The notes: a model not told the origin generated them from the letters alone. DNA of 64,000 nucleotides from an uncultured virus (IMG/VR IMGVR_UViG_3300029951_000448) (IMGVR_UViG_3300029951_000448), one strand, 5' to 3'. Shown: positions 46,191 through 56,239, counted from the stretch's first letter. A program made the numbers and translations.

Positions 46191-46862
46191 ATGCGAATAA
46201 ACAGTCAGATGGAAACTGTCGGCGAGACGCTGGAAGATCGCACACAGAACAAGATCAAGAGCGAACCGATGCTTTTCAACTGCAATCACGATAGCGCCTA
46301 TCGGCTGGGCAGCGAGATTACCCGGGAGTTCCTGAGCAAGCTACCTGAAGCATGGAAAGATGGACCGATGGTTGTTGACTCACGCGCACACATGCTCATG
46401 CCAGGATGGTATCCCTGCATTCCCGGCTGGCATCACGATGACGTGCCGCGCACACGCAGCGATGGTCAGCCGAACTATGGACCCGGCCAGGATCGATCGG
46501 AGCATATCGTGGCGCTCGTTGGCGGCGATATCTGCCCGACCGAGTTCGCTACTGGCACTGCAGACTTCGAAGAGCCGGGGCTCGGCGAGACGATCTATTC
46601 CGTCTGGCATCGTCAGGTCGATCTGCTGGTGAAAAACGGCGTGCTCAAGTCGGTCAGCGCGCCATCGAATCGTCTCGTCTGGTTCTCGGATCGAACGTGG
46701 CATCAAGGGACGGCGGCTGTCGGCAATGGTTGGCGATTCTTCATCCGCGCGAGCATCTACAAATCGCCCACGGGTCAGCGCATCGACCGGCGAAACGAAC
46801 GGACCAACGAGACGCGAAAGCAGGTTCAAGTGTACCTGTCGAATCCGTTTCAGGGCTGGTAA
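46191..46862 (+). CDS. 2OG-Fe(II) oxygenase-like protein
   Basis: PGWHHD (HxD), distal WHQG, then GWRFFIR (putative 2OG-binding Arg). Confidence 0.7.
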   Translation: MRINSQMETVGETLEDRTQNKIKSEPMLFNCNHDSAYRLGSEITREFLSKLPEAWKDGPMVVDSRAHMLMPGWYPCIPGWHHDDVPRTRSDGQPNYGPGQDRSEHIVALVGGDICPTEFATGTADFEEPGLGETIYSVWHRQVDLLVKNGVLKSVSAPSNRLVWFSDRTWHQGTAAVGNGWRFFIRASIYKSPTGQRIDRRNERTNETRKQVQVYLSNPFQGW

Positions 46863-46978
46863 AGACCAACAGCGCCTCGGCGCAGCAACGGGCCGCGGCC
46901 CCGATTTCGAGAGCATCAAACAACCGTATCGCCATGCTGCTCGTGGTATCGGCGATGTTGGATTATTGGAGATGAGAG

Positions 46979-47566
46979 ATGCAGCAAGTGGCCGTTCTGT
47001 TTGCGCGCAAGGATAGCGTCTACCAGACGCTGCCGGGCTGTGATGTGTGGGACATCGAGCGGGATGCGCGCAACTGGCCGGGTGACGCTCCTGTCGTTGC
47101 TCATCCGCCCTGCCGCGCGTGGGGAAGGCTCTCCCATATGGCTAAGCCGCGGCTCGATGAAAAGGATTTGGCTCGTTGGGCGATCGCGCAGATCCGGCAA
47201 TACGGGGGCGTGCTTGAGCATCCGTTTGCTTCGAGACTTTGGGAAGACCAGCGGCTCGGTACAGTGGGGATGCCAGACGAGTTCGGCGGTTGGACGCTAC
47301 CGATTCATCAGCATTGGTTCGGACACAACGCTGAAAAGAAAACATTGCTGTACATCGTCGGATGTTCCGCTACCGATATTCCGGCTATTCCCCTCGTGCT
47401 TGGAGAGGCGCCAGCGGTAGTAAGCACAAGCGGCAGGCGTCGGGACGGTACGCGCAACAAGCGCCGGCCGGAAATCCCGAAGGCCGAACGCGAGCATACG
47501 CCTATCGAGCTGGCGAAGTTCCTTGTTGAAATAGCACGGCGCTGTCGCGTTGAAGTGACCGCCTAG
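46979..47566 (+). CDS. Minimal C5 cytosine methyltransferase-like protein
   Basis: AHPPC (motif IV), LEHP (VI-like), Q.WFGH...K.T.L (VIII-like), R..TP..LA (X-like); no FxGxG. Confidence 0.7.
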   Translation: MQQVAVLFARKDSVYQTLPGCDVWDIERDARNWPGDAPVVAHPPCRAWGRLSHMAKPRLDEKDLARWAIAQIRQYGGVLEHPFASRLWEDQRLGTVGMPDEFGGWTLPIHQHWFGHNAEKKTLLYIVGCSATDIPAIPLVLGEAPAVVSTSGRRRDGTRNKRRPEIPKAEREHTPIELAKFLVEIARRCRVEVTA

Positions 47567-47587
47567 CCCCGCCTCATTGGAGTAACC

Positions 47588-48414
47588 ATGACTGAAGAAA
47601 CAGGCTGGTACGCCAGCGATCAAAAGCCGGTTCGATGCGGAATTTACGAACGCAGGGAAGAATGCCTTTGTTGTGTTTCGGCCATCTGGTGGGCCGGAAC
47701 ACGGTTTTACAACGCGAATTTCAGCGGTGAGATCGTTGGATTCATTGGCGAGCAAGAGCAGAACAACATTATATGGCGCGGCCTCGCCGCCGCCCCTACG
47801 GAGTCGAAATGAAACTGACCGTCCTGCAAGAAAGCGCGCTTAATATCGCGATTGATTTGGCCGTATCGATGGGCAATGAACCGTTGGCGGCCCCGCTTCG
47901 CGAAATCCTCGCCGCCCAACCTGACCATTCTGGTGATGGGGGCGAGAAAACAGCCCGCAGCGGATTGCTCGCTCTCATGCTTGACGCTGAGGAAGGTCGC
48001 GCATCGGACGCTCACTTAGGCGCCATGTTTCGCGTGTTGGTTGATGACGACAGCGACGGACTAAGGCGTATCGCTGCCCAAGCCGCCCCCGCGCCGCAAG
48101 GTGGCGACGAACGGGCGCGGTTTGAGGATAGCTGTCGATCCGGTGTATCAGAACGCGAATGGATTGCCATAACCAAACGTGATGGAGAAGGTTACGCTTC
48201 AGAAACCATTGATGACATGTGGGACGGATGGAAACGTCGCGCCGCTCTCGCACAGAAGGCTGTACCAGTAGCGCCGCAAGCCATACAGCGGATTATGGCG
48301 CGCCTAGCAGGTATTCTAGACGAAGACCAGTTCGCCGAGATCGAGCAAATCGCCACCAGCGCCGGAATCAAACCTCCCGCTCCAATAGCGTCAGCCGAGG
48401 AGAACAAGACGTGA
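47588..48414 (+). other. Two hypothetical CDS (47588-47812; 47809-48414)
   Basis: Coupled ORFs. 47588 shares the W....P.R.G.YE...WRGL pattern with 31397-31639. Confidence 0.6.
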
Positions 48415-48938
48415 TTCTCCCGCTCGTTGCATTCGACGAGATTGACCTCGCGGCAGCCAATGGTTGCCTCGTCGAGTGGGGCCACAAGATGGGTCCACTT
48501 GAGCGCGGCAACGAAGCCGGCAAGCACTTCGCTTTGTACGAGAACGGCCGCCCCGTTGCCCTGACCATGCAGTCAACACTGATTCGCGAGTGTGTCGGTG
48601 GCGGCCAAAAGACATCGACCCGCGCAAATACCTGTGAGCTTTCGCGCCTGTGTGCGGTGCGCCCCCATCTGTGCCGCGTCGCGCTTCGCCTGTGGCGAGA
48701 ATTCGTTTTCCCGTTGCTTGGGTACGACCACGTTATCAGTTACCAGGATGCCGACCTCCACAACGGCAACACGTACCGCTTTGATGGCTGGCAGCGCATC
48801 GCCTATAGCCATAGTGGCACCGATGCGCGGAGCGGCCGGAAAGGACGCGACAAATGGATTTGGGCGTGGTCAGCAAAAGGCGCTGAACCTCTTATGCCAA
48901 TCGGAAGGGCGGCAGCTGCCGCAGGAGATGCTGAATGA
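48411..48938 (+). CDS. Mom-like GNAT-fold protein
   Basis: GTG start with GAGGAG RBS; CELSRLC...VISYQDADLHNGNTYRFDGW resembles Mom ELxRL..SYAD..HxGxxYxxxNW. Confidence 0.7.
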   Translation: MILPLVAFDEIDLAAANGCLVEWGHKMGPLERGNEAGKHFALYENGRPVALTMQSTLIRECVGGGQKTSTRANTCELSRLCAVRPHLCRVALRLWREFVFPLLGYDHVISYQDADLHNGNTYRFDGWQRIAYSHSGTDARSGRKGRDKWIWAWSAKGAEPLMPIGRAAAAAGDAE

Positions 48939-49441
48939 CGAGCGAGCCGGTCTACCAAACACGATGGTCGCATCCCGAAACCGTTTGGGGCGACGTATCG
49001 AAAGACGTCTACGACAAGTACGAGACCTTCGGATATGTGGAACGCCGAATCGTCTACACCCATCGCGATCCAATAGCGTCGGCAGAGGAGGCGGTGCCTG
49101 ATGTATGGCGCACAAAGGAGTTCGTGATGAGTAGGCTGATAGAAGCCGCCAAGGAACCGCCGTCCAGTAGAAGCGTTGGAAATTCTGGTCGACCCGTTGG
49201 TGATGTCTGGCGCATGGTGTTGCTTTCGGACCTTCAAGAAGTCGTTCACCACCTAAAAGACGAGGCCACCCATCCCGCAGCAGCGCAACCATCAAGGGCG
49301 GAAGTGCTGACCGATGAGCAGATACGCGGCGTGGTCCATCTTGCCCGCCAGCAGTGGCAGCATCAATGGTCATACACAGTTGACGACATTATTGCGCGCA
49401 CTCTTCCGGATGCAGCACAACCAGATGCGGAGCAGCCATGA
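48935..49441 (+). CDS. Hypothetical protein
   Basis: ATGA-coupled. Confidence 0.6.
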   Translation: MTSEPVYQTRWSHPETVWGDVSKDVYDKYETFGYVERRIVYTHRDPIASAEEAVPDVWRTKEFVMSRLIEAAKEPPSSRSVGNSGRPVGDVWRMVLLSDLQEVVHHLKDEATHPAAAQPSRAEVLTDEQIRGVVHLARQQWQHQWSYTVDDIIARTLPDAAQPDAEQP

Positions 49442-49692
49442 CCGTCCACATTCTCAAATGCGATCACGAGCTGTTCGACATGGTGTGGAGTGGTCGGGTA
49501 GATGGTGGATTCGCTGTTCCTGATCGCGGGTATCAAACAGATGACACCGTGAAGATGTGTGAGCGCAAGGATGGAATCGAAACTGGTCGCGCCTACTTCT
49601 GCTCTGTCGTCCGGGTGTGGCGCGGCGGCGATTTGCCTGACAGACAATGCCTGCTGTCGGTGAAGGAACTTCTCAAGACGAGGGACTGGTAA
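49438..49692 (+). CDS. DUF3850/ASCH (PUA-like) domain protein
   Basis: HILK....FD.V.SG.....DRGYQ.DD.V...E.....TGR. Confidence 0.7.
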   Translation: MTVHILKCDHELFDMVWSGRVDGGFAVPDRGYQTDDTVKMCERKDGIETGRAYFCSVVRVWRGGDLPDRQCLLSVKELLKTRDW

Positions 49693-51419
49693 ATGACAGC
49701 AGACGAAATCAAGGCTCTGATAGAGCGGTTGCGCCACCAGAAGCCGACCGGAAGGCTGCCGAACGCGGACGAGGACGATGCAGCCGATGCTCTCGAATCC
49801 CTCTCCGGCCAGTTCACCGCAAAGACCGAACTGGCGACGCTGTATGCAGCGAGTCTGCGGCAGTCGGAGAGGGAGGTAGAAGCGCTCACGCAAGAAAACC
49901 AGCGCCTCCGCCTCGAATTCCGCGCTGATTGCGAGAAGCATGCGCAGGAGTTGTTTGCGGTGCAGATGGATGCTGAGCGGTATCGCTATTTGCGCGAGAC
50001 AACGAAAGCCGTCAGAGATGATAGCGGGAACAACCGTACCGAGGTTACGCCCGATAGTTTCGATGAGCGAGTAGATGCCGCTATCGCCGCCCGGTCGCAG
50101 AGTGAGGAGAAGCCATGAAACCATACGCCGTAGAAGTCAGCTTCACGATGATCGTGATGGCTGAGGACGAAAGTCACGCGCATGAAGTGGCGGAGGACTG
50201 GGCCGATGACGCATGGCGCGACGATGCATCCAAGGCTTTCAATGTCGATGGTGTCGTCAGTTCGGACGCCGATCTGCTCCGCCATGGTTGGGACGGCTAT
50301 TGCCTGCCCTACGGTGGTGACGGAGAAAGCAACCTGAAGCAGATCCTTGCCAGTCAGGAACCCGAGCCCGCGCGCGACGACAAGACGATTGATATGTTCG
50401 AGGCTACACCGTGACCGACGACGCCTACCAAGCCCTGCGCGATGCCGTCAATCTGGCCCGATCCCAGTACATCCGAAAAGTCGGCGCACTGCGCGCAGCG
50501 TTGTTGCAGCGCGGCCACTCCGAGCAAACAGTCAATGAGGCAATACAGACATGGGCGAATTACGAGAGGTCGAAGCAATGACCACAACTTTGCGTACTCC
50601 CGACTACGCTATTTGCCAACAAGGATACCCAATGACGGGCGACGAAATCGAAGCAATCTGGAACAGAATGCCCGGTGGTCACGAAGGCTTCTGCAAGCAG
50701 TGGGGCTATGTTCAGTTCGCGCGCAAGCTGCTTGAAACGGTAGAGAAACCCGTGTCCGATCTTCAACCACTGAAAGCTGAACTCCGCTGGTGTCTCGAAA
50801 ACGCATCCGGCCCGCGAACGGAAGCCACGTTGAGATGGGCGATTGAGGTGCTGGAAGAGATGGGACAAACAACTGAGGAGCAGCGATGAGCGCGACAGAC
50901 GTTTATGCAGTTTGGCCTGGTGAGCGCCACGAAGAAATCGCCGAACTCCGCAACGGACACGGCAGCGCGCCGGTCGTATGGGGAAAGATGTTCACCAGGT
51001 ATGTTAGCAGTGGGTTCAGCCGCTATCCGGATACTGAATACATGTTCCGTACCGAGGAACTGTGGCCGCTCTGGAAGCGCATGGACATTCCCAAGCCATT
51101 GCGCGCGGTCCTCGCCATGACATACGACCATGTGATCGTGACGCAGGCCAACTACGCGCGCGCGGCAGCGGATATCAGGGAATTCCTGCGCGCCTTTCCG
51201 GTCGACCCAGAGCGCGCCAATCACTGGCCACGTATCGCGGAGATATTCGAGTCACCTCTGGGCTGCCCCGCCATCGGATTCCGTTGGACGTCTGTCTGCG
51301 AAGACCCGTTCAATGGCGATTGGAACGATGAGATTAAGGACTACGATCCGCCCGATTGGTCGCAGAAATGGGACATGTACGCAGCACTTGATGCATTGGA
51401 CGCGCATGCGGAGGCCTAA
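49693..51419 (+). other. Small hypothetical CDS (49693-50118, 50115-50414, 50578-50889, 50886-51419)
   Basis: Coupled ORFs with RBSs. Confidence 0.65.
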
Positions 51420-51549
51420 CCATGGAACGCCGCGAAGTAATCGACCTCTTCGGCGAAACAGTCATCCTCGAAATCAGCGAGTCGAAGGGCAATGGACAGC
51501 ATTATGCGCGAATATAATTCGGGTTACTAAACGTGATTTTGGAGTTTTG

Positions 51550-52134
51550 ATGTCTACCACGACAAATGAAGTGTGGCTTCCTGTAATCGGGTATGAAGGT
51601 ATATACGAAGTAAGCGATTTCGGCCGGGTAAGATCTCTGGCGAGAGCCATCGGATCATGCCATGGATCGACTAGGCGCATACCAGAAAAAATCCTGAAAC
51701 CAATAGTAACGGCCAAGGGATATCGTCAGGTCAATTTGTGCAAAGATGGGGTGAAGAAAGTATTCAGGCTTCACAGAGTTGTAGCGGTGGCATTTCTAGG
51801 GCCGGTTCCAGACGATCATGAGGTTGCGCATAACGATGGAGACCGGGCCAATAACGCGTTGCTTAATCTCCGGCACAGCCTCCATGTCGACAATATAGCT
51901 GACAAGATTACTCATGGGACGGCGCAGATCGGCAATAAAAATTCAAATGCAAAACTGTCAGAATCGGACGTGAGGGCCATTAAATCGCTATTGGCTTCGG
52001 GGATAGACAAGGCCGAGATAGCGAAACAGTTTGAAGTCTCGCGGACCAACATCTATTGGATCTCTACAGGAGCATCGTGGGGTCACGTATGCGCCCATAC
52101 TAACGGTGATCATGATGCATATTCTAACCAATGA
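51550..52134 (+). CDS. NUMOD4-HNH homing endonuclease
   Basis: EVWLPVIGYEGIYEVSDFGRVRS; LHRVVAVAF..EVAHNDGDRANN.L.NL; NAKLSE.DV..I; lower GC. Confidence 0.92.
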   Translation: MSTTTNEVWLPVIGYEGIYEVSDFGRVRSLARAIGSCHGSTRRIPEKILKPIVTAKGYRQVNLCKDGVKKVFRLHRVVAVAFLGPVPDDHEVAHNDGDRANNALLNLRHSLHVDNIADKITHGTAQIGNKNSNAKLSESDVRAIKSLLASGIDKAEIAKQFEVSRTNIYWISTGASWGHVCAHTNGDHDAYSNQ

Positions 52135-52321
52135 AGACCTGATAGCGCTCACAGGAGGTCTAAAACAAGGGGCAGCACAATCCCGATGGATCAAGAGGGC
52201 ATTAGGGATAGATGCCCCCCGCCGCGCCGACGGACATCCAATGCTTACATGGGAGCAGGTCAACCGTCGGCCAGAAGAGAATGCCCGTAGAACAACACCC
52301 AAGTGGAAAAATGCAGCATGA
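52112..52321 (+). CDS. Excisionase-like protein (DUF4224)
   Basis: LTNEDLIALTG..Q..AQ.RW....GI....RADGHP.L; overlaps the integrase start. Confidence 0.8.
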   Translation: MMHILTNEDLIALTGGLKQGAAQSRWIKRALGIDAPRRADGHPMLTWEQVNRRPEENARRTTPKWKNAA

Positions 52322-53337
52322 AACGCACGCCGCGCGATGGACTGCTTCCGCGCATGGAGGCCCGTCAGACGAAAAAGGGCTTCACCTATCGCTACCATCC
52401 GATGGACGGGAAGCCAGTCAACCTTGGCTCGGACAAGATTGCCGCGGTCAAAAAGGTTCTCGACCTGACTGGTGCGGGTGGTGATATAGGAACGGTCAAG
52501 CGCCTGTGGGAACAGTTTCAGGAAACGCCCGGATGGAAACGGTACTCCGCCTATACGCGAACCGACTACGTGCAGTGTAGCGGGCCATTGCTCGAGATTT
52601 TTGGCGACTCGCGCGCGGCGGACATTGACGCTACCGATGTGGCGACCTACCTGCGCAAAGAGCGGGCGTCCGCGCCGGTGCGTGCCAACCGGGAGATGGC
52701 GTTGCTGTCCAATCTGATCGGGCTTGCCATCGAGCGGGGCGAGGCGAAGCACAACCCCTGCCGCGAAGTGAAGCGAAACGAGGAGCAGCCACGAACGGAA
52801 GCGCCGGAGCCGGAAGACTTCGCGGCGTTCGCTACCTGGCTTTCTCAACAGGGCGGCCAGCGGGCGGTGATCGGGATGGCAGCAGAGTATGCGGCGCTCG
52901 CCGGCAACCGCAAGGTGGAGTTTCTGGACCTGTCTTGGCCACAGGTAGATGAGGCGATCGGCGTGATCCGCGTCAAGCGCGCGAAGCAGCGGGGCAAGAA
53001 GCGCGGCGAAGTCATCGAGCATATCGAGATGACGCCGAGGATTCGGGGATTGCTGGGTCGACTCAAGGGAATCGAGAAAGGCGGTCTGTATGTTTTCCCG
53101 AACCGTTCAGGGACGCACTACACCCAGTCAGGCTTCAAGGCGATGTGGGGGAAGTTGATGAACGAGGCGCTGAGGCTAAAGAAGCTAGTCCGTCGATTCA
53201 CATTTCACGACCTGCGCGCATACTACGTGACGCAGCATAAACAGGAACGCGGAGCACTGCCGGATATGCACGCGAACCCAGCGACAACGGCGCGAGTTTA
53301 TGACCGCAGCAAGATCGTGAAGAGACGGGGGCTTTAA
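52318..53337 (+). CDS. int: Tyrosine integrase
   Basis: AGNR..E, FTFHDLRA, MH...TT.RVYDR; adjacent to att. Confidence 0.93.
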   Translation: MKRTPRDGLLPRMEARQTKKGFTYRYHPMDGKPVNLGSDKIAAVKKVLDLTGAGGDIGTVKRLWEQFQETPGWKRYSAYTRTDYVQCSGPLLEIFGDSRAADIDATDVATYLRKERASAPVRANREMALLSNLIGLAIERGEAKHNPCREVKRNEEQPRTEAPEPEDFAAFATWLSQQGGQRAVIGMAAEYAALAGNRKVEFLDLSWPQVDEAIGVIRVKRAKQRGKKRGEVIEHIEMTPRIRGLLGRLKGIEKGGLYVFPNRSGTHYTQSGFKAMWGKLMNEALRLKKLVRRFTFHDLRAYYVTQHKQERGALPDMHANPATTARVYDRSKIVKRRGL

Positions 53338-53344
53338 CGGAGGA

Positions 53345-53372
53345 TTCCCGAATTGGGAATTTTCTGGGAATT
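53345..53372. repeat. Candidate integrase arm-type sites (GGGAA repeats)
   Basis: TTCCCGAATTGGGAATTTTCTGGGAATT; further ATGGGAA (~53511) and TTCCCA (~53566) on the other side of the core. Confidence 0.55.
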
Positions 53373-53377
53373 ATCTA

Positions 53378-53393
53378 CTGTGAGTTTACACAG
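53378..53393. promoter_or_regulatory. LexA (SOS) box
   Basis: TA-CTGTGAGTTTACACAG-TA (CTG-N10-CAG). Confidence 0.7.
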
Positions 53394-53421
53394 TAGGATG
53401 TCTTGAGAAGCTTATGGGGAT

Positions 53422-53469
53422 TGGGGTGGCTGATGGGGCTCGAACCCACGACAACAGGAATCACAATCC
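53422..53469 (-). mobile_element. attP core = 3' half of tRNA-His(GTG)
   Basis: Reverse complement GGATTGTGATTCCTGTTGTCGTGGGTTCGAGCCCCATCAGCCACCCCA: anticodon loop, T-arm and CCA; no 5' half; 85 bp from int. Confidence 0.92.
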
Positions 53470-53601
53470 TATGCATCAAGCCATATTCTGCAAGGGTTCG
53501 ATCTGTGAAAATGGGAACGATAGTCGTAAACTGACCATTGATTTCATTGTGTTTTTACAACGTCATTCCCACGATTTGATGGTGCGCCGGGCGATGCTAA
53601 A

Positions 53602-53617
53602 CTGTACAAACATACAG
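53602..53617. promoter_or_regulatory. LexA (SOS) box
   Basis: CTGTACAAACATACAG, 15 nt before ATG 53633. Confidence 0.8.
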
Positions 53618-53632
53618 TCATTTGCACATGCC

Positions 53633-54476
53633 ATGCCCCGCCACCAACTCCCCGACTTCGCCAGTCCCAGCACCGAAAACCTGCGCGAGCTTTACCGCAC
53701 ATCGGATGACGATCTAACGCGGCGAACAGTGCTCGAAGTCATCCGGTTACGTGCATTGGTGGCAGAGGCCGACTACTACCGGGAGGTTATCCACAAATGC
53801 TGGAACGCAGAGGGTCTGGGCCGGCTGGTAGCGCTTGAGAATTTTCGGGTTCTAATGCTGGATGAGCGGTCGAGAATGGGGCTTCCGAGGGTGCGGGTTG
53901 ATGACGGGGCACCGAGTGATGGGCAAAAGGAGGGAGTGTGAATACCAATCCATTGATCGCGCTGGCCCGATCAGACCGACATACTGAATGCTGCGGTCAT
54001 GACATTTGCGCCGCCTGCGGCTCCCCAGTTAGCACCTATAACGCGAACGCTGATCTGGTCGATCAACGTCCAGAGGCGAGTGAATGGGACTGGTGGTGCG
54101 CTTGCGACAATGCAGATTGCATTCATGCATATGGCGAAGGGTTGTTTCAGGAACCGCTTGGGTGGATGGGTAAGGTGGACGCGCCGCTAGTGCGGGCAGG
54201 GGAGAATTGATGGACGAAGACGAATTCGCCGCCGAGATGAAGTCAGCAATTGAACGCGCGCTGCTTAATCCAGACTACCCGGTTATCAAATCAACCGAGG
54301 AGGCTGACGCTCTGCATGATGACTTCATGACCAGGCTATGGGGATTTGTGCTTGAGGGATTCACGCCTGCCGTGGCAACGGGCGAATATCTTGATCTCTG
54401 GTGCACCAACAACACTGCCCCAGCCGACAAGCCCAAGCCCAACCACGTCCGCGATGCTGTGCGGGCGAATCAATAA
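53633..54476 (+). other. SOS-boxed operon of three hypothetical CDS (53633-53941, 53938-54210, 54210-54476)
   Basis: Coupled starts/stops; the second gene is Cys-rich. Confidence 0.65.
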
Positions 54477-54495
54477 CCGCCTAAATCTTGTGCAA

Positions 54496-54517
54496 CTGTA
54501 CTTTTATACAGTAGAAT
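54496..54517 (+). promoter_or_regulatory. LexA box overlapping a promoter
   Basis: CTGTACTTTTATACAG immediately followed by TAGAAT (-10); TTGTGC upstream. Confidence 0.8.
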
Positions 54518-54673
54518 GAAGGCGGGGCATAAGAGCGCGTCAACGCTCAAATGCCCCTGACCACGCAACCGATCCTCAGGAGATCCGGGCCACATGGCTT
54601 CTGCCATCATACCTTACGCGGCTATCGCCCGCGAGATTCCCCTGAGTCCCCAACCTTCATTCGGGACAAGAAA

Positions 54674-55384
54674 TTGAAGCAAATGCCTTTGACAAAAGGC
54701 CTCTTCGCACTAGTGGACGATGAGGACTACGAAGTGCTTTCCAGGTACAAATGGCATGCCGATTCGAATGGCTATGGGGCTAGAAGGGCAATGCATCCCG
54801 ATGTGCCCAGAAAAGAGATTACGATATATATGCATAGAGGCATCATGGGTCTCTGTCGGGGAGACAAAATGGTGATCGATCACATTGACAGGAATCCACG
54901 GAACAATCAGCGGAACAACCTAAGAATTTGCACCGTTGCCGAAAACGGGCGAAATACCGCGCTCAACAGTAGAAATACGAGCGGGTATAAGGGCGTTTGT
55001 TGGAACAAGAATCAAAAGCTGTGGATGGCGTCGATCCGGGTGCATGGAAAAAGAACGCATCTTGGGTGCTTCCCGACAGCGGAGTTCGCGTACGATGCGT
55101 ACTGTCGCGCTGCCGTGGTTCTCCATGGAGATTTCGTCAACCATGAATTAATTGCACCCGTTGCTGGGTCGTGTGGCACGCTGACGATTGAATGCAAGCA
55201 AAAGAACAAAACTGGATACACAGGAGTTAAGCGTATCGCCGATTCCAGATGGGAGGCCTACATTAAGATAGATCGCAAGAAAAAGTATCTTGGGTCTTTC
55301 CCATCGCCAGAATCTGCACATGAAGCATATCGTAAGGCCAAAAAAGAGCGCGATGGATCAATCGATATCAAGGAAGCGGCATGA
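54674..55384 (+). CDS. HNH endonuclease with two AP2 domains
   Basis: ALVDDEDYE..MHRGIMG..IDHIDRNPRNNQRNNLR..SGYKGV..; second TGYTGV..YLGSF.SPE.AH.AY. Start uncertain (54551, 54674 or 54683). Confidence 0.88.
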   Translation: MKQMPLTKGLFALVDDEDYEVLSRYKWHADSNGYGARRAMHPDVPRKEITIYMHRGIMGLCRGDKMVIDHIDRNPRNNQRNNLRICTVAENGRNTALNSRNTSGYKGVCWNKNQKLWMASIRVHGKRTHLGCFPTAEFAYDAYCRAAVVLHGDFVNHELIAPVAGSCGTLTIECKQKNKTGYTGVKRIADSRWEAYIKIDRKKKYLGSFPSPESAHEAYRKAKKERDGSIDIKEAA

Positions 55385-55581
55385 CCAAACCGACATGGGA
55401 CCAAGCGCCCTACTGGGCGAAGTATCTAGCCATGGACGACGACTATGAATGGCATTGGTGGAGCGCGTGGCCCGAGTACAATCGGATGACGGGGAAATGG
55501 GAATGTGAGTGGGCGCAGAGGCTGGTTGCCACTGTCCCGTATGACGCGTCGGAGACGCTAGAAGGGCGTCCCGAGGAATGA
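55381..55581 (+). CDS. Hypothetical protein (W..AP.WA.YLAMD.D..W.W...P....LE.RP)
   Basis: Recurrent small phage protein pattern; ATGA-coupled. Confidence 0.7.
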   Translation: MTKPTWDQAPYWAKYLAMDDDYEWHWWSAWPEYNRMTGKWECEWAQRLVATVPYDASETLEGRPEE

Positions 55582-55635
55582 GGGGTGGGCGGTACAGCTT
55601 ATTGACTGTGACCGCCCAAAACAGCGGATAGCCTG

Positions 55636-56103
55636 TCAAACTTCGACCAGTGCGCTGAGAATAAGAAAAAGATCGTCCGGGTCAACCTTGTTCGCCGGCT
55701 CGCTCAGATGCCGCAGCCATTTGCAGGACATGAGTTTCGCCGTCACGAGTTGCGAGCAGAACCATGCGCCGATGCTAGTCCAGTTGGCATTGACGACAAA
55801 CGCGAGAATGCCGATCTTGTTATACGGTCGGCCAATCTCATCGTGCATGAACTGGTAAAACTCTCGAGCCTGTTCGTGAGTGGCCGGCAGAGAGATGCGC
55901 GTGACCTTTTCTTTTGCCACGTAATCGGCTGGTCTGATCTGGACGCCCGCAGGAATGCCGTCAATGACATCGCTCCGCGCGCCGAGCAGCGACCCATCAG
56001 GGAGCACCGCGTCGACGTGCGAATACGAGCCGTGCCCGAACCAGCGGATCATGCCCGAACCCAGGCCGGTCCCCTCGACGAACTGGAGAACGATTGCAGA
56101 CAT
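55636..56103 (-). CDS. Permuted NlpC/P60 (YiiX-like) papain-fold enzyme
   Basis: YSHV..., GRPYN, WFCSQLV, and P.DL motifs. Confidence 0.85.
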   Translation of the reverse strand: MSAIVLQFVEGTGLGSGMIRWFGHGSYSHVDAVLPDGSLLGARSDVIDGIPAGVQIRPADYVAKEKVTRISLPATHEQAREFYQFMHDEIGRPYNKIGILAFVVNANWTSIGAWFCSQLVTAKLMSCKWLRHLSEPANKVDPDDLFLILSALVEV

Positions 56104-56104
56104 A

Positions 56105-56236
56105 TCAATTTCCCCTCGTAATCGTCACATGGCAGTCGTGGACCTGCATATCCAGGTTCTTCGGCAGCAGTTGCTGCGCGCAACCGGCGAACGTCAGAAC
56201 GGCCAAGAAGGCCGCCAGCATCTTGACCGTGCGCAT
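56105..56236 (-). CDS. Small lipoprotein (43 aa)
   Basis: Hand translation MRTVKMLAAFLAVLTFAGCAQQLLPKNLDMQVHDCHVTITRGN; lipobox FAGC. Confidence 0.6.
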   Translation of the reverse strand: MRTVKMLAAFLAVLTFAGCAQQLLPKNLDMQVHDCHVTITRGN

Positions 56237-56239
56237 GAT

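Noticed and set aside
53422..53469. Functional tRNA-His gene
   Set aside because: The 5' half (acceptor 5' strand and D-arm) is absent; this is the att core.
54520..54600. symE-type toxin locus (LexA box and similar-looking leader)
   Set aside because: The downstream ORF is an HNH-AP2 nuclease, no SymE-like protein is encoded, and the leader resemblance is from memory only.
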